Shown: piece by piece, positions 11,205-25,658 of the stretch
Layout of the letters: each line of letters begins with the position of its first letter
How positions within the stretch are numbered: position 1 is the stretch's first letter
Origin: Schizochytrium sp. TIO01
Lineage: Eukaryota; Protista; Bigyra: Labyrinthulomycetes
DNA length: 64,000 nt
Reading direction: 5' to 3'
Assembly: GCA_004764695.1 (NCBI GenBank)
Contig: SMSO01000025.1
Location: 744,001-808,000 of the forward strand
Program-made: the position numbers and the translations under genes
The notes under the pieces: model-generated
The model's database searches: none
Told to the model about the DNA's origin: nothing
What the model saw: only the letters and a program-made list of their open reading frames with translations

Positions 11205-14200
11205 ATTTATCCTTGCCCTTTTCCTCTTCTCCTTAACTCAGTAAAACACAATCTATTGAAATGCGAAACATTGTAAATTGCTAAAGTTTCATTTAGTTAA
11301 TTTTCCCCAGCTACAAGAAGTTTTTGACTCAGAGATGATCAAAATTGGTAAACTACCACTAATTAAATTCGCTTTGGCATTTCTCACACATATACAATGA
11401 AACTAACTCCCAAGTGCAACAAAGAAGAAACTCACGAAACCAAATTTTTAAAAGAAAAATCAAACAGAAGACGAAGAAGAAGGAAAGTGTTCCTTCCTTT
11501 ACCCACTGCCTCAGGTGCCCAAACCTCCTCCTGCTTTGCTTTTTCGCCAGCACCGATGATACCTATTCACACCCTTCATCTCTGAATGAAGTCACCACTC
11601 CCAATGGCACAGTTACTCAATCTCAGAATTCGAAGACAAACGGTCGCTGATACTCGCAACGCCGTTCAGCCCTCCCTTCGTTTCTCGAAAAAAGTATTGC
11701 CCATGTTAGACACCAAGGGTGGCCGCACCGTTTAGGTTAGCGCTTGAGCACTGTGCATTGACACCATAGTCTTAAAATTCTTGCGCGACGTCTCTATTGA
11801 TTTGCAGGGTACACACCCTTCATGTCGCAAAAATGCATGCTAACAGGTACTTAGGTACTTCTAGCTGTCAATGGGCACCTTTTCTTTAAAGCCACCACGT
11901 GCCACAGACTCTGAAAATTGCCAAAGGAGAAGAAGACAGGTACTACCTAGGTAGTGGTCCGCCAAATTCGGAGAAGGATAGAAAGCAACAAGTTATTACT
12001 TTAGCTTGATTTTTCACCCAAGCTAAAAGATTTTAAGTTGTAACCCCTGACTACCGAGAGTAGATAGAAAGCACTTGCAGGAACTAGCGGCGTTCTTTCA
12101 GGTAATGCAATGGCACCGAATATGATGGTTTTGGTTTGTTATCATGCGGTTATTATTATTATGCTCACACTCTACGATGGCGCGTGCACGATAACAACAG
12201 GAGGAGCCTACTCTCACTTGAGTAAAGAATGTTGCTGCTAGAGCGTTTTTCACCGTGATCTCCTTGACTTTGGCAGCACGTGGGAATTGTCTAAGGACCC
12301 AAGGAGAATCGACGGGTGCAGTAGGAGATCATGATGACGATGACCAATAATATAAAGAATTATACTGTTTGAGTTTTGACATAGAATCATGATCTCACCA
12401 GCATATGCATTTGCGGGAGAAGGCCGCACTGAAAGCGCTAAATATCCTAAAGATATAATAGAAATGTTTGGAATAGCGGAGTACCTAGTCGTTTAAACGT
12501 CCTGCTTTTCATAATTTGTATGATAGTGGCGTTTCCAATGCGGGCTATGGCAAACTTGGCAGTTCGAAATCTTAAACGCGGATATTGTGCCGGATCTTCG
12601 TTGCACTAGCGCATTACTCTCGCGAAGATGCTCCTAGCTCTGCTCGCCAACTATGGGAGCACCTTACAAGCGCCACCATAGCTAGCGCAAATGCTCATAT
12701 ATTATTTGCGGAGCGATTGTAGGTGGACGATTACAATAGGAAAGGCTTGCCTTAAGTATCTCTTGTTTTCTAACAAACGTCTATCCTTGCTTTTCTCAGG
12801 GCTCGATTGCTTGCGAGCCTTGCTGATTGGGTGCCGCACTTAGCATTCGGCATGCAAATAATCGTACTTGGATACAAACACTTGAAATTGGAAAACCGTT
12901 GTGTACCAATTCTCAGAGTACTCTAAATTTATGATAGGAAACAGATACACTACCTTGGAATAATTTAAGACGATATGTAGTTTTGCATGGACTATGCTTT
13001 GCTCTTTGCTAAGTAAGAAGCATTTGTTCGTTTATCAGGATGTTTAGTGTTGACGAGCTTTAAGATGCATGTATGAACAAAACACAGAGTTCTACGACGA
13101 CGCTACCGCCAGAACTCTTTTTTTTTTGTTTTGTTTTTTTGTATGGTGGTGTGCTGTAATGTATGTTTATCTTAAAGAAACGCTTTGGAAACTTCCTACA
13201 GTGCAAGGATTGAGATGTCGTTTTCATATCTGCAAAAGCAACCAACAAAGTAGAATAAAGGATGCCTTGAGTTCTTCTCCGTTCGAACGACATGACCTTG
13301 CGCTCTAGACGAACAAGTTACCCGCCGACAGCCCTCGCAGCTTGTGGAGCGTTTACTGCAGCTCAAGAGACTTGAGCATCACCGATCTTGAAGAAATGAA
13401 GCTTCGTATCAGTATTACATCAAAGCACTCTGCGTGCAACACAACAGCTTCTTCGCACGAGCACGGGCGTTTGAAATGAATGCCCACAGCCCTCCCTGAA
13501 AGCTATAGTGTAGTGCCTACGCCACCATCCGCGATGATGACTTTCTTCGCTCCCGTATCCAGGTTTCAATAAAACAATAAAACAATCGCTGCGAGTTAGT
13601 TCTCTGTGAATTACATTACACTAACATGGTAGCTAATCTCTTATTTAATGCTGGTAGTATCGACCATCAATCCTCTCTCTTTATAATCCTCTCCTTATAC
13701 TCTTGTTGGCATATGTTACGATCTCTCTTTTCGTGGAGCTTGAGTTTTAGGGCGAGAGACGACCATCGTTCGTCCCCCATGAGACTTTTTTATTGCCTCG
13801 TGGAAAGAGAGGAAGTTTCTGGGGTGTCGACTTTCTGGTCTGCCTGTCTGATTCCCAGTTTATGGGGAATACATAGGAGGAATCGGTAGTTTGCTTTATC
13901 CTGAATGAGGCTATTGGTATCTTATTTGTTATAACTTTGAGAGTTGTTTTAATTTTAGTTTAAGTTTTTGGATTATTTAATAAATAATGTCTTTGGGCGG
14001 GGGGGGGGAGGCAAGTCTGAACTGCAATCACCATTGTACGAAATGGATCAAACACAGGTTGTACCTTCTTGGACCACCTTTTACTTTAGTTCCGAGTCTC
14101 TTCGAATGTAACTTTGGTGATATTAAGAAGATCCTCGGTTGGCTTTATAATTAAAACTTCCCTAGACATTATTTACTTAAAAGGGAAACAACAAAAAAAC

Positions 14201-14529
14201 TACCCACTAACTTTTTATGAGAGAGGTTCCTACTCTTTAAAAGATGTTTTAATTAAAACAAAAAATGACATTTAAAAAAAAAAAATAACACAACATAACA
14301 TAACATAATAGGTACAAGCTGACTAGGGAAATGGCTTTTTTATTTTTTCTTCTTTGCAGGTAAAGCTTTGTGTTGAAAAGAAGAGAACCGGAAAAGTTTA
14401 TTTTAAAAACCTTACTACTAGCATTGTAATTATGAGTAATTATCATTTTCTTTTATGCACAGCCTATATATGTATATATGTATGTCAATTAAAGTAAAAA
14501 ATAGAAAAGAAATGTGGGAGAATGAGGAA

Positions 14530-16254
14530 GCGTCTGGTAGCACCTTGGCGTCTCCCGCTTGGGTGCTACAAGTTGAGCAAGCGGCCACGGGAGTCATCAT
14601 CTTCGTGCCAGGCTGACTTCATCTCGAAGACTTGCTCACCAGACGACGTGACTATTGTACTGAGTGTTAAAAGTTAAATGACCGGCGAGTTTCGAGAAGG
14701 TATGGAGCTTTCGATCACTTCTAACGCAAGCGGGCACGCAGATGTGTTGCTCGAAGTTCGCATCATTTGTGATACTATCATCGCCATCGCCTGTCCTTTC
14801 TTGCTTACAGAAGAGGCATCACAGAGGATGTGATAAAGATCAAATTAGCAGAGGAAGTGACTCAAGGACTTCATGATTCTATACATGGGGAGGAGCTCCT
14901 GGCCATACAGGCTAGATAAAGGAACCATACCTGCGTCAAAGCTTGTCCAGGACTCAGTGAGTTGAGATTATATAGTGATAAGAATTTACGAGCAGCAAGG
15001 TCCGTTTTAGGCAGCATGATGGATTTAGTACCAACAAGCGTTTGCCATGATGAGTGAGAGGCGGAATACTTCCATGATTTTCTTGAGGGTGCATGGAATA
15101 ATAGTGAATCATTACTAATAAATAATAAATACTTGCCTTTTTATTTCACTCGCTCGAGGTACAATCGTTGCCTCTTTCACTGATTGAGGTTCACCAAGGA
15201 CGCAGAGCAGTGCTAATAGTGGTCTAACCCATTGGGTTACTGGCAGTCGCAATGGCCAGAAGCTAGGTACGAACATTACAGAAAAGCTCGGACAGTGTTG
15301 TAGCACCTTTTCACAATCCATTAATCATTTCGCGGCCACTCAGTGTGAAATTGTAAGGGCCAATTACGCAATTATAGCAACACATCCTTTCGTCTGTGCA
15401 ACTATATCTGGTGATAACACTAAAGCCGCTGTTGCAGATCTTTTTGTGAACCTCCGAACATCAACTTTCATGGATGCACTAGCAAGCTCCCCAACTTCCA
15501 CCCTTCTTAAGGGTTGTAACGAAACCATCATGGTGAACGAGGGATCCATGCTAACTTTTCGCTCGGAGAGTGAAATTTCAGTTTACTAGAGAGACTATTG
15601 ACGAGCAATTTCTTTCTTTCTCACAAATAGCTCATGCTACTTTCTAGTTTCAACGCAAAATCGTTACAACTCGGTATCAAAATTGTCAATCGATCCGCGA
15701 TGAGATGTTATTCTGCTTTTAAAATGAGAGTCGAACCAGAAATGGAAAATAGCGTACCAAATCTTCTATTTTTAAAATATCCACTGCCCATATTCACGTG
15801 TAAGCAAATCAAACTATATGAAGAGATCCTCTCTCAGAATATTTGGACTCTAATTACAAACGTTGCGTTTAATATCGATAATTTCAGAATCTCAAAGAAC
15901 GCCGATCGTCGGTCACTCATCAATAATCTACTGGTCAGTGCTTCTCATGATCAAGCATGCCGCTATAGAGGCAGATCGTTTGCCTGGGGGGATCAGTGCA
16001 AATTGCTCGTCAGATATTCGATTTGTTCGTCTTTCGTTGTTCTTTCATAAAATTATAGGAGTAATCACACGCCGAAATTTGCTCATGACGGTAGCTAGTC
16101 CTCTAGTTTCGTCAGCAATCTCGCGGAGTATCTTTTCATGCATCATTCCTTGCATGTCCTGCGCAGGGTCTGGGTCCGTGGCGCTTGCAAGTCACGACCT
16201 CGTGAATCGTCGCTCCTTCCAATGATTACTGGAGGCTCCTCGGTCTTCAGACAT
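14530..16254 (-). pseudogene. Possible decayed coding sequence, unknown family
   Basis: SSR-free block of balanced composition. The minus frame from ATG 16254 gives protein-like text (MSEDRGASSNHWKERRF...EKILREIADETRGLATVMSKFRRVITP) broken by stops. Stop density is not clearly below random expectation. Confidence 0.3.
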
Positions 16255-19019
16255 TGATTGAGCTCTCCCATCCACTCACAAACCCAAAAGCCAATGGCAT
16301 CTTAAAGAGCAGCAGATTATACCTACTAGAGGTGCCTACTTTCATTCCTAGCGCACCAGCTGCCTATTAATTTATCATTAAAAAAAAGCAGTGGCCCAAA
16401 GGCAAAGCGCACTGGCGAGAACGAACGACAGGCGCAAACTTCGCGTTGGGCTCGGCCGTCTCAGCGCAAGGAGGAACAGGAACCGGCCACCCTTCGTGCG
16501 CTGACGCAGTAACAGGAATATATATATATATACGTACGTATGTAAGAAAGAATGTATGCCAAGTACCATTCTAAATCTAATCATTTCGGCCTACTTATTA
16601 TTATTATTATTAATTTATTAATTTATTTAAATATTTATTTATTTATTTATTTATTTATTACTTCAAACGCTACAAAAAGGTTCACGTAATATTACTGAAA
16701 AGCACCTTCAACTTTCACAGTTATGATTAATCTTATTATCAGTTATTAATCAAAAGTTAGAATTTACTCTTTTTCTCTTTTGGTTTTTAACAATGAAACA
16801 GCTAGTAGGTAGGTACCTGGTTCTAGAGAATGCCGTGGAATTCCCACGCTTCAGAAAACGGGCTACTTCTGGCTTTGCGGAAGCCCTCCACTTCAATAAC
16901 CTCTCGCCGACTCCTATGAGAGCTATGAGAGGTATGCACAGCCGTCGCATACACCGCGATAGCGAATTGGACTTTCGCTATCTTGGCATTTTCGATCGCA
17001 ATTCGAGATGGAGAATAGCTATAACTAACCTGCCACTCGTGCTTGGTTCTCGCCGCCGTTTGCCGGCTTTAAAGAAGAAGAAGAAGATGATGATGATGAT
17101 GAAGAAGAAGATGGTCGAGAGCAGACAAAGCTCAAGCTTGGAAGCGTAGGCAGCAGATCGCTCGCATAGACCATCTGCCTGCTGGACTCCTTTAATTTTT
17201 CATCAAGTAGCCTATTCAAGTTGGAATGTGCTTGTGGTTTGTTATCTGATGATCGCGCACACTCTGCTCAGGAAGGTTCCCACAAGGCTGACATTTAAAA
17301 CCAAGCCTTCTAATAAATGGCAGAAAGCCACCAAAGCACTGGAAGATCGAAGAGAGCCCAGCAGCAAGTGCAGACCTACCTCCTCTGCAAAGGATGTAGG
17401 AAGGAGGCATATTTGGTACGATCTCCAAATGCGAAATTCGTGAGAATTTAATGATGCCACGCAAGTACCAACCCTCTTTGAAAACGGCCACTTTCCTCGC
17501 CGTTCAGGAAACCGCTGGCGTTGCTTTCAACTCAGCTAGGTGGGTGGGTATCTACTGAGAAGGGTCACAACCTTACGGAAAGGCGCTTTGCCGTCTCCAC
17601 TTGTCCACAGACTCATTCGTTTACTCATTCATTCATTCATTCGTTCATTCATACATACATACACTGATACGCTGACATACGCACGCACTCACTCACTGGT
17701 TCACGCATTGTTTCTTCGTGTTTGACGTTGATTCGACGCTCAATCTACAGTTTGTGTGGGCGTGGCACGGCGTCTAGATGGCCTGGCATTTTGCCATCGT
17801 CTCGATATGTGCCTATGAACGAAGGAAGACCACCAACCGATCAGCAATGAATAAATGCACTTGCAGGCAGTATCCGCAGCGCGCGATTTATTATCGTTGC
17901 GCCGACGCCTTCCTCCGCCCTGCTGGCCTTTCTGCTGCCTGCTCTGAGCACGTTAGAAGTCGCGGAGGCCCTTCGAACTTGAGCTCGAGGCCCAAAAGGC
18001 TGTTTCCAAGTCCGCGTTTATGTGTGACATTTACAATACCTACGTACATATCTCACAATTTTCAGCTTTTCTAGGAAAAAAAGAGAAGTTCTTTTTTTTT
18101 TTTTTTTTTTTTTTTTAATTTCAAATTGAAATTGAAATTGAATAAATAAACGCAATATAGTAAGTATAATAATTAAAATTAACACGAAAGGAAGAAAGAG
18201 AAGTAAGGATGAACAAACAAATAATCGTTCATTATAGCAGAAGGGAGGAGAGAAAGTTAGTTAGTAAGTTAGTTAGTTACCTGGGTGAAAGAAAAGAAAG
18301 AAACGCTCATCTCTCCCACCCCTTCCTCACAATACCGTCAACAGGGCCAACGAAGGCGTATTATGAGACCTGTCTGCGCTGACGGCCGCCTCTACAGAAG
18401 CCGCATCGGCCCTCGCTGGACCAGCCAAGACTGGCCTGGTTTAATTGGGGGCGCTGTCTCTTGCAAGACGAGCCTCCGGCTTCTTCGAACTGACCGCGCA
18501 TCGACCATTCGAGATTTTGGCTCTTTGAGTTGATCTGAAGAGAAGGTAGAAAGGGAACCGCTTCGAGCGAGTCATCTTCTTTTGCAAGAACATCGTCTGT
18601 TTTTAACCTTAACAAATTCTGAATTTATTTACTTTATTAATTTAAAAAAAAAAAAAAAAGCTTTACGTAGGAGTTGTGTCTATTGCTGTTTTAGAAGAAG
18701 TAATCATTATTTGAGGTTAACTTTGCGTTTCTTGTTCACCTGTAACTAACTGTGCCATGTACCTACTACTTTCATTGTGAACCATGGCTCCTTGTGCTGT
18801 ACGGGAATCTCTCCACGCAGGAGCTTCCTGGCCGCTACGTTGTTGGTGCAGGCCCGGTCGGTACCGAGGACTTTCATTGTGATTGTGATGATGTTTGTCG
18901 GTGCCGTTGGAGAAAGAAATCCATCCGTCCATCCATATGTACGTACCTATCGAAAGCGGAGCGCTTCTCTCTAAACCTCCTGAGCACATCTAACGGGCAC
19001 TAGACTTTCTTTTTTAAAG

Positions 19020-19906
19020 TCATTGCCTGCAACAGCCGAGTACGAAGCAGTGCATCCAAATGCACAGCAACACTGTGTACAAAATGTGCAGGCAGGTTTT
19101 GCGCAGACCTGTTTGGAGCACGGCATCATAGCAACGGTGACGGGAGCCTGCAGTACCTGCTGCAAACCAGCCTTCCTCAAAGCTCGAGCGTCGTGCGCTG
19201 CATTGCAAAATGGCCCAGGAATCCGTTGCGACCCGTATCTGTTGCTGTATTTCTGCGGAGGTCTTGGGGGGTCTTTGTGTTCGCCAGCCAATCCTGCGCT
19301 GCTCTACATGACATGACATGAACAGCAAATTCGCCAATGCTTTACCGCTTGAATGGAATGGCAAACCCTGATGTGCCGACAGCCCGGAATGCTCTGCATC
19401 GGCGGTACCCTCTGCGAACAAACCTTGAGTCAGCACATGCTTCAGAGCAGAATTAGAGGCGTTAGAGGCTGCAATGTTGCCAGATCAACGCAAATTCAGG
19501 TTTACAGCATGAATCGTGGCCTTTGCTCTGTATAATGCTGCTTCGTACACACATAGCAAAGTGCCCTGTCTGCGACGCACGTGACCACTTCTCTCTCATT
19601 TCCTGCACGTCTGCGAGGTTGGTTCTCGCGCCTTCCGTTACACGCACCGTTCTCGACGACGGCGGAAACTTCACTCTTGGTCCGCTGCACAAAGTTGGGA
19701 TGGATTTACAAGGGAAAGGAAATGCTGAATGGCCGGTCCATGGTTCTCGAATGCAGGGTCCCGCATGGGCAGCAGACGATAGATTGGGCGCGGTGCAGAC
19801 AGCGCAATGGCTCTTCCTCGCGCGCATTCACGGCGATGCTCCAGGCCCTCGAACGTGCAGAGTGCATCGATTGCATTGCATCTCTTCTTCAAGTTGAGAA
19901 CACCGC
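19020..19906 (-). pseudogene. Decayed RanBP2-type zinc-finger plus RING-finger (E3 ligase-like) gene
   Basis: Minus-strand fragments in shifting frames: QCNRCTLH...*...HCAVCTAPN (RanBP2 ZnF pattern), KVCSQRVPPMQSIPGCRHIRVCHS...ICCSCH and LQAPVTVAMMPCSKQVCAKPAC...QCCCAFGC (RING-like). Interrupted by stops and frameshifts. Confidence 0.55.
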
Positions 19907-20511
19907 TGTTTTCTAACTTTAGTGATTTTCTATAATTTAAAATTTAATTTAATTTAATTGACTAATTGTTTTTACAAAAATAAATAAAAATAAAGCCATG
20001 CCATAACGTCAAATATCACCTGCTAAGAACCCCAATTGCTGACGACATCCCAACTTGTTTTCTATTTATTTTCTTCCTTTTTAATTTAAAAATATTTCGA
20101 TTCTTTTAAAACTTCTATGAATAGACGAGTATAAGTTGGAAAAGGCGCGTTTGTTAATTTAATTAAAATTAAAATTAAATTATTTATTTTTTTAAGAAAA
20201 GAGGGAGAAAAAAAGAAAGAAAAAAAAGAGGGAACTCAAGATAAAAATCAAATGATATCACAGCAGTTTAATTAGTACACGTTAGGACCATCCTTTGCCT
20301 TTGCTTTCATTCATGAGTACTAGCATCCTGCCCTGCCTCAGGCGTTCACCCATTTCCCTGCTCTTCATACGTTACATTTCCTCTCTTCCTCGTAGAATTA
20401 ATTTACCTTTCGAGAAGGCAGAGTTGATTAGCCCTCAAAATCGCAGCGCCAGATTGGAAACGATCACGAGTGACCTTTCTGGCGCTTCAGAACAGACACT
20501 CTTCCTTAATC

Positions 20512-20512
<1 letters not shown>

Positions 20513-20583
<71 letters not shown>

Positions 20584-20593
20584 TCGACCTTGA

Positions 20594-20648
<55 letters not shown>
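20513..20648. repeat. Compound microsatellite (CT)n-(CTTT)n-(GACA)n
   Basis: Directly visible. Confidence 0.95.
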
Positions 20649-20655
<7 letters not shown>

Positions 20656-22079
20656 CAAGAATGTGCAGCCAGCCCAGCCCTTCGATCCCTCGCTCGCGCG
20701 GAAGGTCACTTGGCCCACCTCGCAGCAGGTAAACAGATAGCTGCCATAGCACGCCCTCCGCCTTCCGAGCAGCCGAAGCTCCTGGTCCCCGCATGAACCC
20801 GGCCTGCTGCGATTTATTTATTTGTCCTCGAGTTCTCTCATTGCTTCATCGATCCATTCACCAATCATTCGCTATCTTTTGTTCTGAATGAATGAAAGAA
20901 TGAATGAAAGAATGAATGAATGAGTAAATGAATGAAAGAATGGTCGAGTGTGAAGGAATGCAAAGAAGCGAGTGGGTGGGCATATAGCTTGTATCGAGGA
21001 ACCAAAGCTGAGGAGAGAAACGAGAACGCAGCAGAGTTTGCTTGCCGACCAATCAGTAGCTTTCGCTTTTTCATCCATTTCAAGTTCTCTTCCTCGTTTT
21101 CACTCGATCTTCTTCTGTCTTTTGTTTCTTGAGGAAATAAATTACTTACCTGATTTCCTTCCTCCTCTTCAGAAGATAGAGTTTATTTTACAAATTTACA
21201 AAAGAGTGAGAGGTCTTCCGGAAACTACCCTCCAAATACGTCGATGGATTGGTAAAGGCAGGATCATCAATAGCATAGTGAGCACAGCTTCCATTATTTC
21301 TAATATACGTGTGTGTAATAGATATAGATACTACGCAGATGGTCTTTTGAAAAGAAAGAAAGAAGTTGAGAACACATCAACAGAGGATCAAGATTAGGCA
21401 ATAAAGGTTGGATTGCTTTGGGGCACGTCAAGTTCGAGCAAGATGAATCGATCCATGCGGGCTCAGCCCACCTGGGTCTTCAGCAGATCGCCATGGATGG
21501 ACTAAACTGCTGCCGTGTACTACGCACTCGTCCAGAAGAGCAGAAGGGACGAGGGAGTTTGGACACAGGATGAGCGATCGATCCATCGATCGGTTGCCGA
21601 TCTTCAACTCTGGCGGGGCCTCCGAGTCGAGAGCTTGAGCTGCGAGAGGGAGAGTGCGCGGGGTTCGCAGGACACGAGGGGCCATGTAAGTGCTGGGGAT
21701 CCTCCGGGATAATTGCGGCGCAGAAGAGCCGTCAATCAATCTACGCGGCTGCTGCGATTCCGCTGGGAAGCTGTGCCTTATCTAAGCTGAAGAAAGCCAC
21801 GACTCTGATTGAGACAGCCAAACGAGATGCAGACCTTGTCGCGAGCTCGCGCTCTCGGCCATGCTCGGTAGAGAGAGCCCTGGGGCTCTCGCCGACATGG
21901 TCCGCGGACCGCCTGATTGTCACCATTGGGCGAGCGAATCTACTCTTGATCAAACGAAACCATCCGCTGGTGGATGAGTGAGCGACAGATATTGCGATGG
22001 GTACGAGTAAACCACCGCTCAGGTTCATGCTGGTCCTGAGCGTGGACGTGGGCAGCAGCACTTCGAGCGGCGTGTCTGA

Positions 22080-22117
<38 letters not shown>
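22080..22117. repeat. (CCTG)n microsatellite
   Basis: Directly visible. Confidence 0.95.
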
Positions 22118-22118
<1 letters not shown>

Positions 22119-22716
22119 GTGGTGCACACCCGGCTGTCTGTCCCAAAGCCTGCTCAGCAAACCCCAGACGGCCTAGCAGCCCTTCTCGTTCCAGAGCTCG
22201 TTGGACCTCTCCTGCGAGTTGAGCAGGCCTGCACGTATTTATTTATTCATTGATTCATTGCGTGTCGCAGCTCAGCCACCGTGTCTGTCTGAGAACGCAA
22301 TCAATCCATCGTCGAGGCTCGAGACTCGAGACTCGAGACTCGCCGCTCCTGCTCCTTCGACAATTGGCCTCTTTCCTAACCTGTTTGGGTACTACGTACC
22401 TCTCGAAGTAAGTTGAGAGCTCGAGCTGTTCAAGGTTTCATCCGCCCACGCGAGAGCGTGTGGTTTTCTTGGGCAGCGGACTGACTGATGGGCGCGTGGA
22501 CTGCCGCCAAGTTCTGAATTTGCGAATTCGATCTCGAGCCACCGGCCTTGTGTAGGCAGGGCCCAAAAGCCGGGTTTGATTGCTTCATGGCTGTCGCAGG
22601 AGAGGAAGTCCCATTGGATGTTGCCCAAGAGTTAATAGTTCCTTTCCTTTCCTTATCCCATCCTCACTGAGGTTCGCTTTCATTCACCGTTTGATTCATC
22701 AATTTGTACCATCCAT

Positions 22717-22774
22717 CATACATACATACATACATACATACATACATACATACATACATACATACATACATACA

Positions 22775-22804
<30 letters not shown>
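22717..22804. repeat. (CATA)n microsatellite, about 22 units
   Basis: Directly visible. Confidence 0.95.
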
Positions 22805-22807
<3 letters not shown>

Positions 22808-25106
22808 GCATACATACATCTATCAACGTTTTGGCTGGCGGAGCTCCTAGCGTTCGAGGTAGCCGGCCCTTAGTATTTATGAATGACTTGAAAAGTGCGA
22901 GCATACAGAAATTCAGCGAAGGAGACCAAACGAGCTCGATGAACCACGGTTGAGGAAAAGTATTCACAAATTCAATTGAAATTAGATGAGTGGTTCTTTC
23001 TTTACTTCTTTATTTCTTTCTTCCCTGCTCGAGGCGCCGCATATGAGGAGGAGGGCCCTCCGACTGGCAGCTCGCGAGGCCACGGATTGACCGAGAGCCT
23101 TTGCGCAGCTTAACGAGCTGTTACTATCCTCCTTTCAACGAAGGCAAGAAAAGGTTCTGGATCCCCCTCGTTTTTCACATTTCCCTCCCAGGTGGGCGCA
23201 GTAGGACCCAGATAGCGAGCGCTACAGAATTCAAGATTCCCTGCGCCTCCTTCTTTCGACCTGCTTTGAGAAGGCTTTGTTTAAGAAGGCCGTATTTTGG
23301 GCCAACAGCCCATGCGCTTGAGCTGTGAGAGAGCATCGCTGGTTCGCAAGGCGCGCCTTCTCGCTTCTTCTTCTCGATGCCACTGTAGACTGGAGAGGCC
23401 ATTCTGTTTGATGGCTGTTCTGATGAATTATTGTATTATTCACGATTGCAATTCAGTAAAATGATTATAAAATGATGGTGGTAATAGTAAATGCTTATAT
23501 CGTTTCTTCAAGTTCAGCCTATCTTTATAAGTTAATTTTTATTTATACTTACCAAGAATAAAAACATATATTTTTGAAAAAGAAATGTAGGTATAGAGGT
23601 TATGCGGAGTCCTCTCCCTGCGGGGAGGAAAGATTCGTCGAGACAGTGTGCACAATGCAATAACATGACGCAGATGCCCCTGAGCGGGTACTCTTCGCCT
23701 TCATGACCCCACAGCAACAGAAACCCTCACATGCAGAGCGCAGGGTGGCGGGGAACCCGCATGGTGCCCAAAAAGCAGAGAAATTGAGTACGCCTAAGCT
23801 GTATTTGTTTATCCTCAGGTACTGCAGAAGATACTGCCGACTCCTGTCGGTAGCGGCTTTAAATAGGCTACCAAAGACAGACAGAGGCCTTTGCTTTCAT
23901 GGTTTTGTGCGGCGCTCCTGTCGAAACGAGACGGCCCAATGTCAGCGAAGTTTCTATCTCGGAGGACCAATTTCTTCTTTCAGGCATCGCGACGTCACCG
24001 TTTTCACTTTAACGTCCTCGAAAGCGCGAGAAGCCATGGAAAAAAAGAAAAAAAAAAGAAAGAAAAAAAAAAAAAGAGTCATTTACCTTTTCGTATTCTC
24101 AATTTTCATTTTATTTCACTTTATTTTATCGGAAATCTTCAAGGAAAGAAAGAAATATACAGAAATACACGAGCTGATAAATATACTACAGTGCTTATAC
24201 TTACATTTTGAGAAGAATCGATCGGCCGACAGGCGTGGTATATAGCTAGCTAGCTAGCTAGCTATACCTGCAGGATGAAAGAGAAATAATGATATTTATT
24301 TATTTTATTTATTTACATTAAAAAAAGGAACTTCTGAAGACCAGAAAGAAGGCCCTCGAAGAAGCCAGAAAATACAGATATAGGCAGGTGGCTACCTACT
24401 CTTTCGCGCCCCCCCCCGCTTCCCCTTTCTGCCTATCTCTGCTCTTTCGCAAGCAACAAGAGAGTCTCATTCATTCTCTTCTTCAGCCAGCAGGTACCTC
24501 GACAGTAGGTTCATTCCATTTCATTTTTCGATGTATATAAACTTGTTTATAAAATAACATAAAATAACATAAAAGTAAAACTTTTGTTTGTAAAATCAAA
24601 CCAATAAAGGGCCTTTAACTAGTAAAGCTCTGTTTGAGCAGATGTCGAAACAGAAGAGTTTCTCTTTTCCTTTCCTTTTTTAAATTCCCTTTTAAAACTG
24701 GCAGAATAGAAAACTCAGCTAGAAAAGCTTCGAAAAGGGGCACGTAGCGTAGGTAGGGCGCCCTTACCGGAAGCAGTAGGAGTAGCTCGATGTTGAATTT
24801 ACAATTTCTTTTCGCCAACCTCGGTTCCCCACCGGCTCGGCTGCGCCTGCTATAGCTAGATAGCTAGATATAGCTGGCTTCTAGGCCATCTCTGTGTATT
24901 AGTATGCGTTTTGCAAGCGCAGGCCGGAGGCGGCGCCCTCTGTTTGTAGTATTTTCCTCAAATTGCTTTCGAACACGAAGAAAAATGTGCTCCTGATGAG
25001 GAAGCGGGCGGCCTCTTGAGTTGAAGGAGGCGCCGTCGGGCCCCTCCCTCCCTGCGAGAGGTATGTATTATTTAGAAGGATGGATGGCCCTTCTTGCATT
25101 TACAAG

Positions 25107-25551
25107 CAAACAAACAAACAAACAAACAAACAAACAAACAAACAAACAAACAAACAAACAAACAACAACACTGATCAACAAAATAATCAACAGCAGAAGA
25201 AACTTGTGTGCATTTATTGCGGCTCAGGCAACAACGCCCTTCCCGTAAGAAAGAGGATAATTAAATAAATAAACAAATAAATAAATAATAATAAATAAAT
25301 AAATAAATAAATAAATAAATGTGCATGCATCGGTGGGTCTACCTACCTACGCATCTTTCTACGGGGCGGTAGGGTAATTATGAGACGATTGAAGCGGCGT
25401 TGCGCAGATTCGGGGTTGTTGAATGGCTGTGGCCAATGGCAATTGCGCGAAGAAAGAAACGGAGAAGGAAATATGAGCCATCGAACGAGAGAGAGAGAGA
25501 GAGCGAGCGCAGACACAGAAAGAAAGAAGGAAAGAAAGAGAGATTGATGGA

Positions 25552-25603
<52 letters not shown>

Positions 25604-25658
25604 TTACGGACTTTGCTTTGGCTCCTTTCTTCTTCTTCTTCTTCTTCTTCTTCTTCTT
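25107..25658. repeat. SSR cluster: (CAAA)n, (AAAT)n, (GA)n, (CTTT)n, (TTC)n
   Basis: Tracts at about 25107-25163, 25262-25320, 25487-25503, 25551-25601 and 25626-25658. Confidence 0.9.

Noticed and set aside
15780-16254. In-frame TGA/TAG stops as stop-codon reassignment or a RIP-like signature; FDLLTREYG as a nucleotide cyclase motif
   Set aside because: About 7 stops in about 160 codons is what random sequence gives, the frame later shifts, and the cyclase resemblance lacks the IGD motif.
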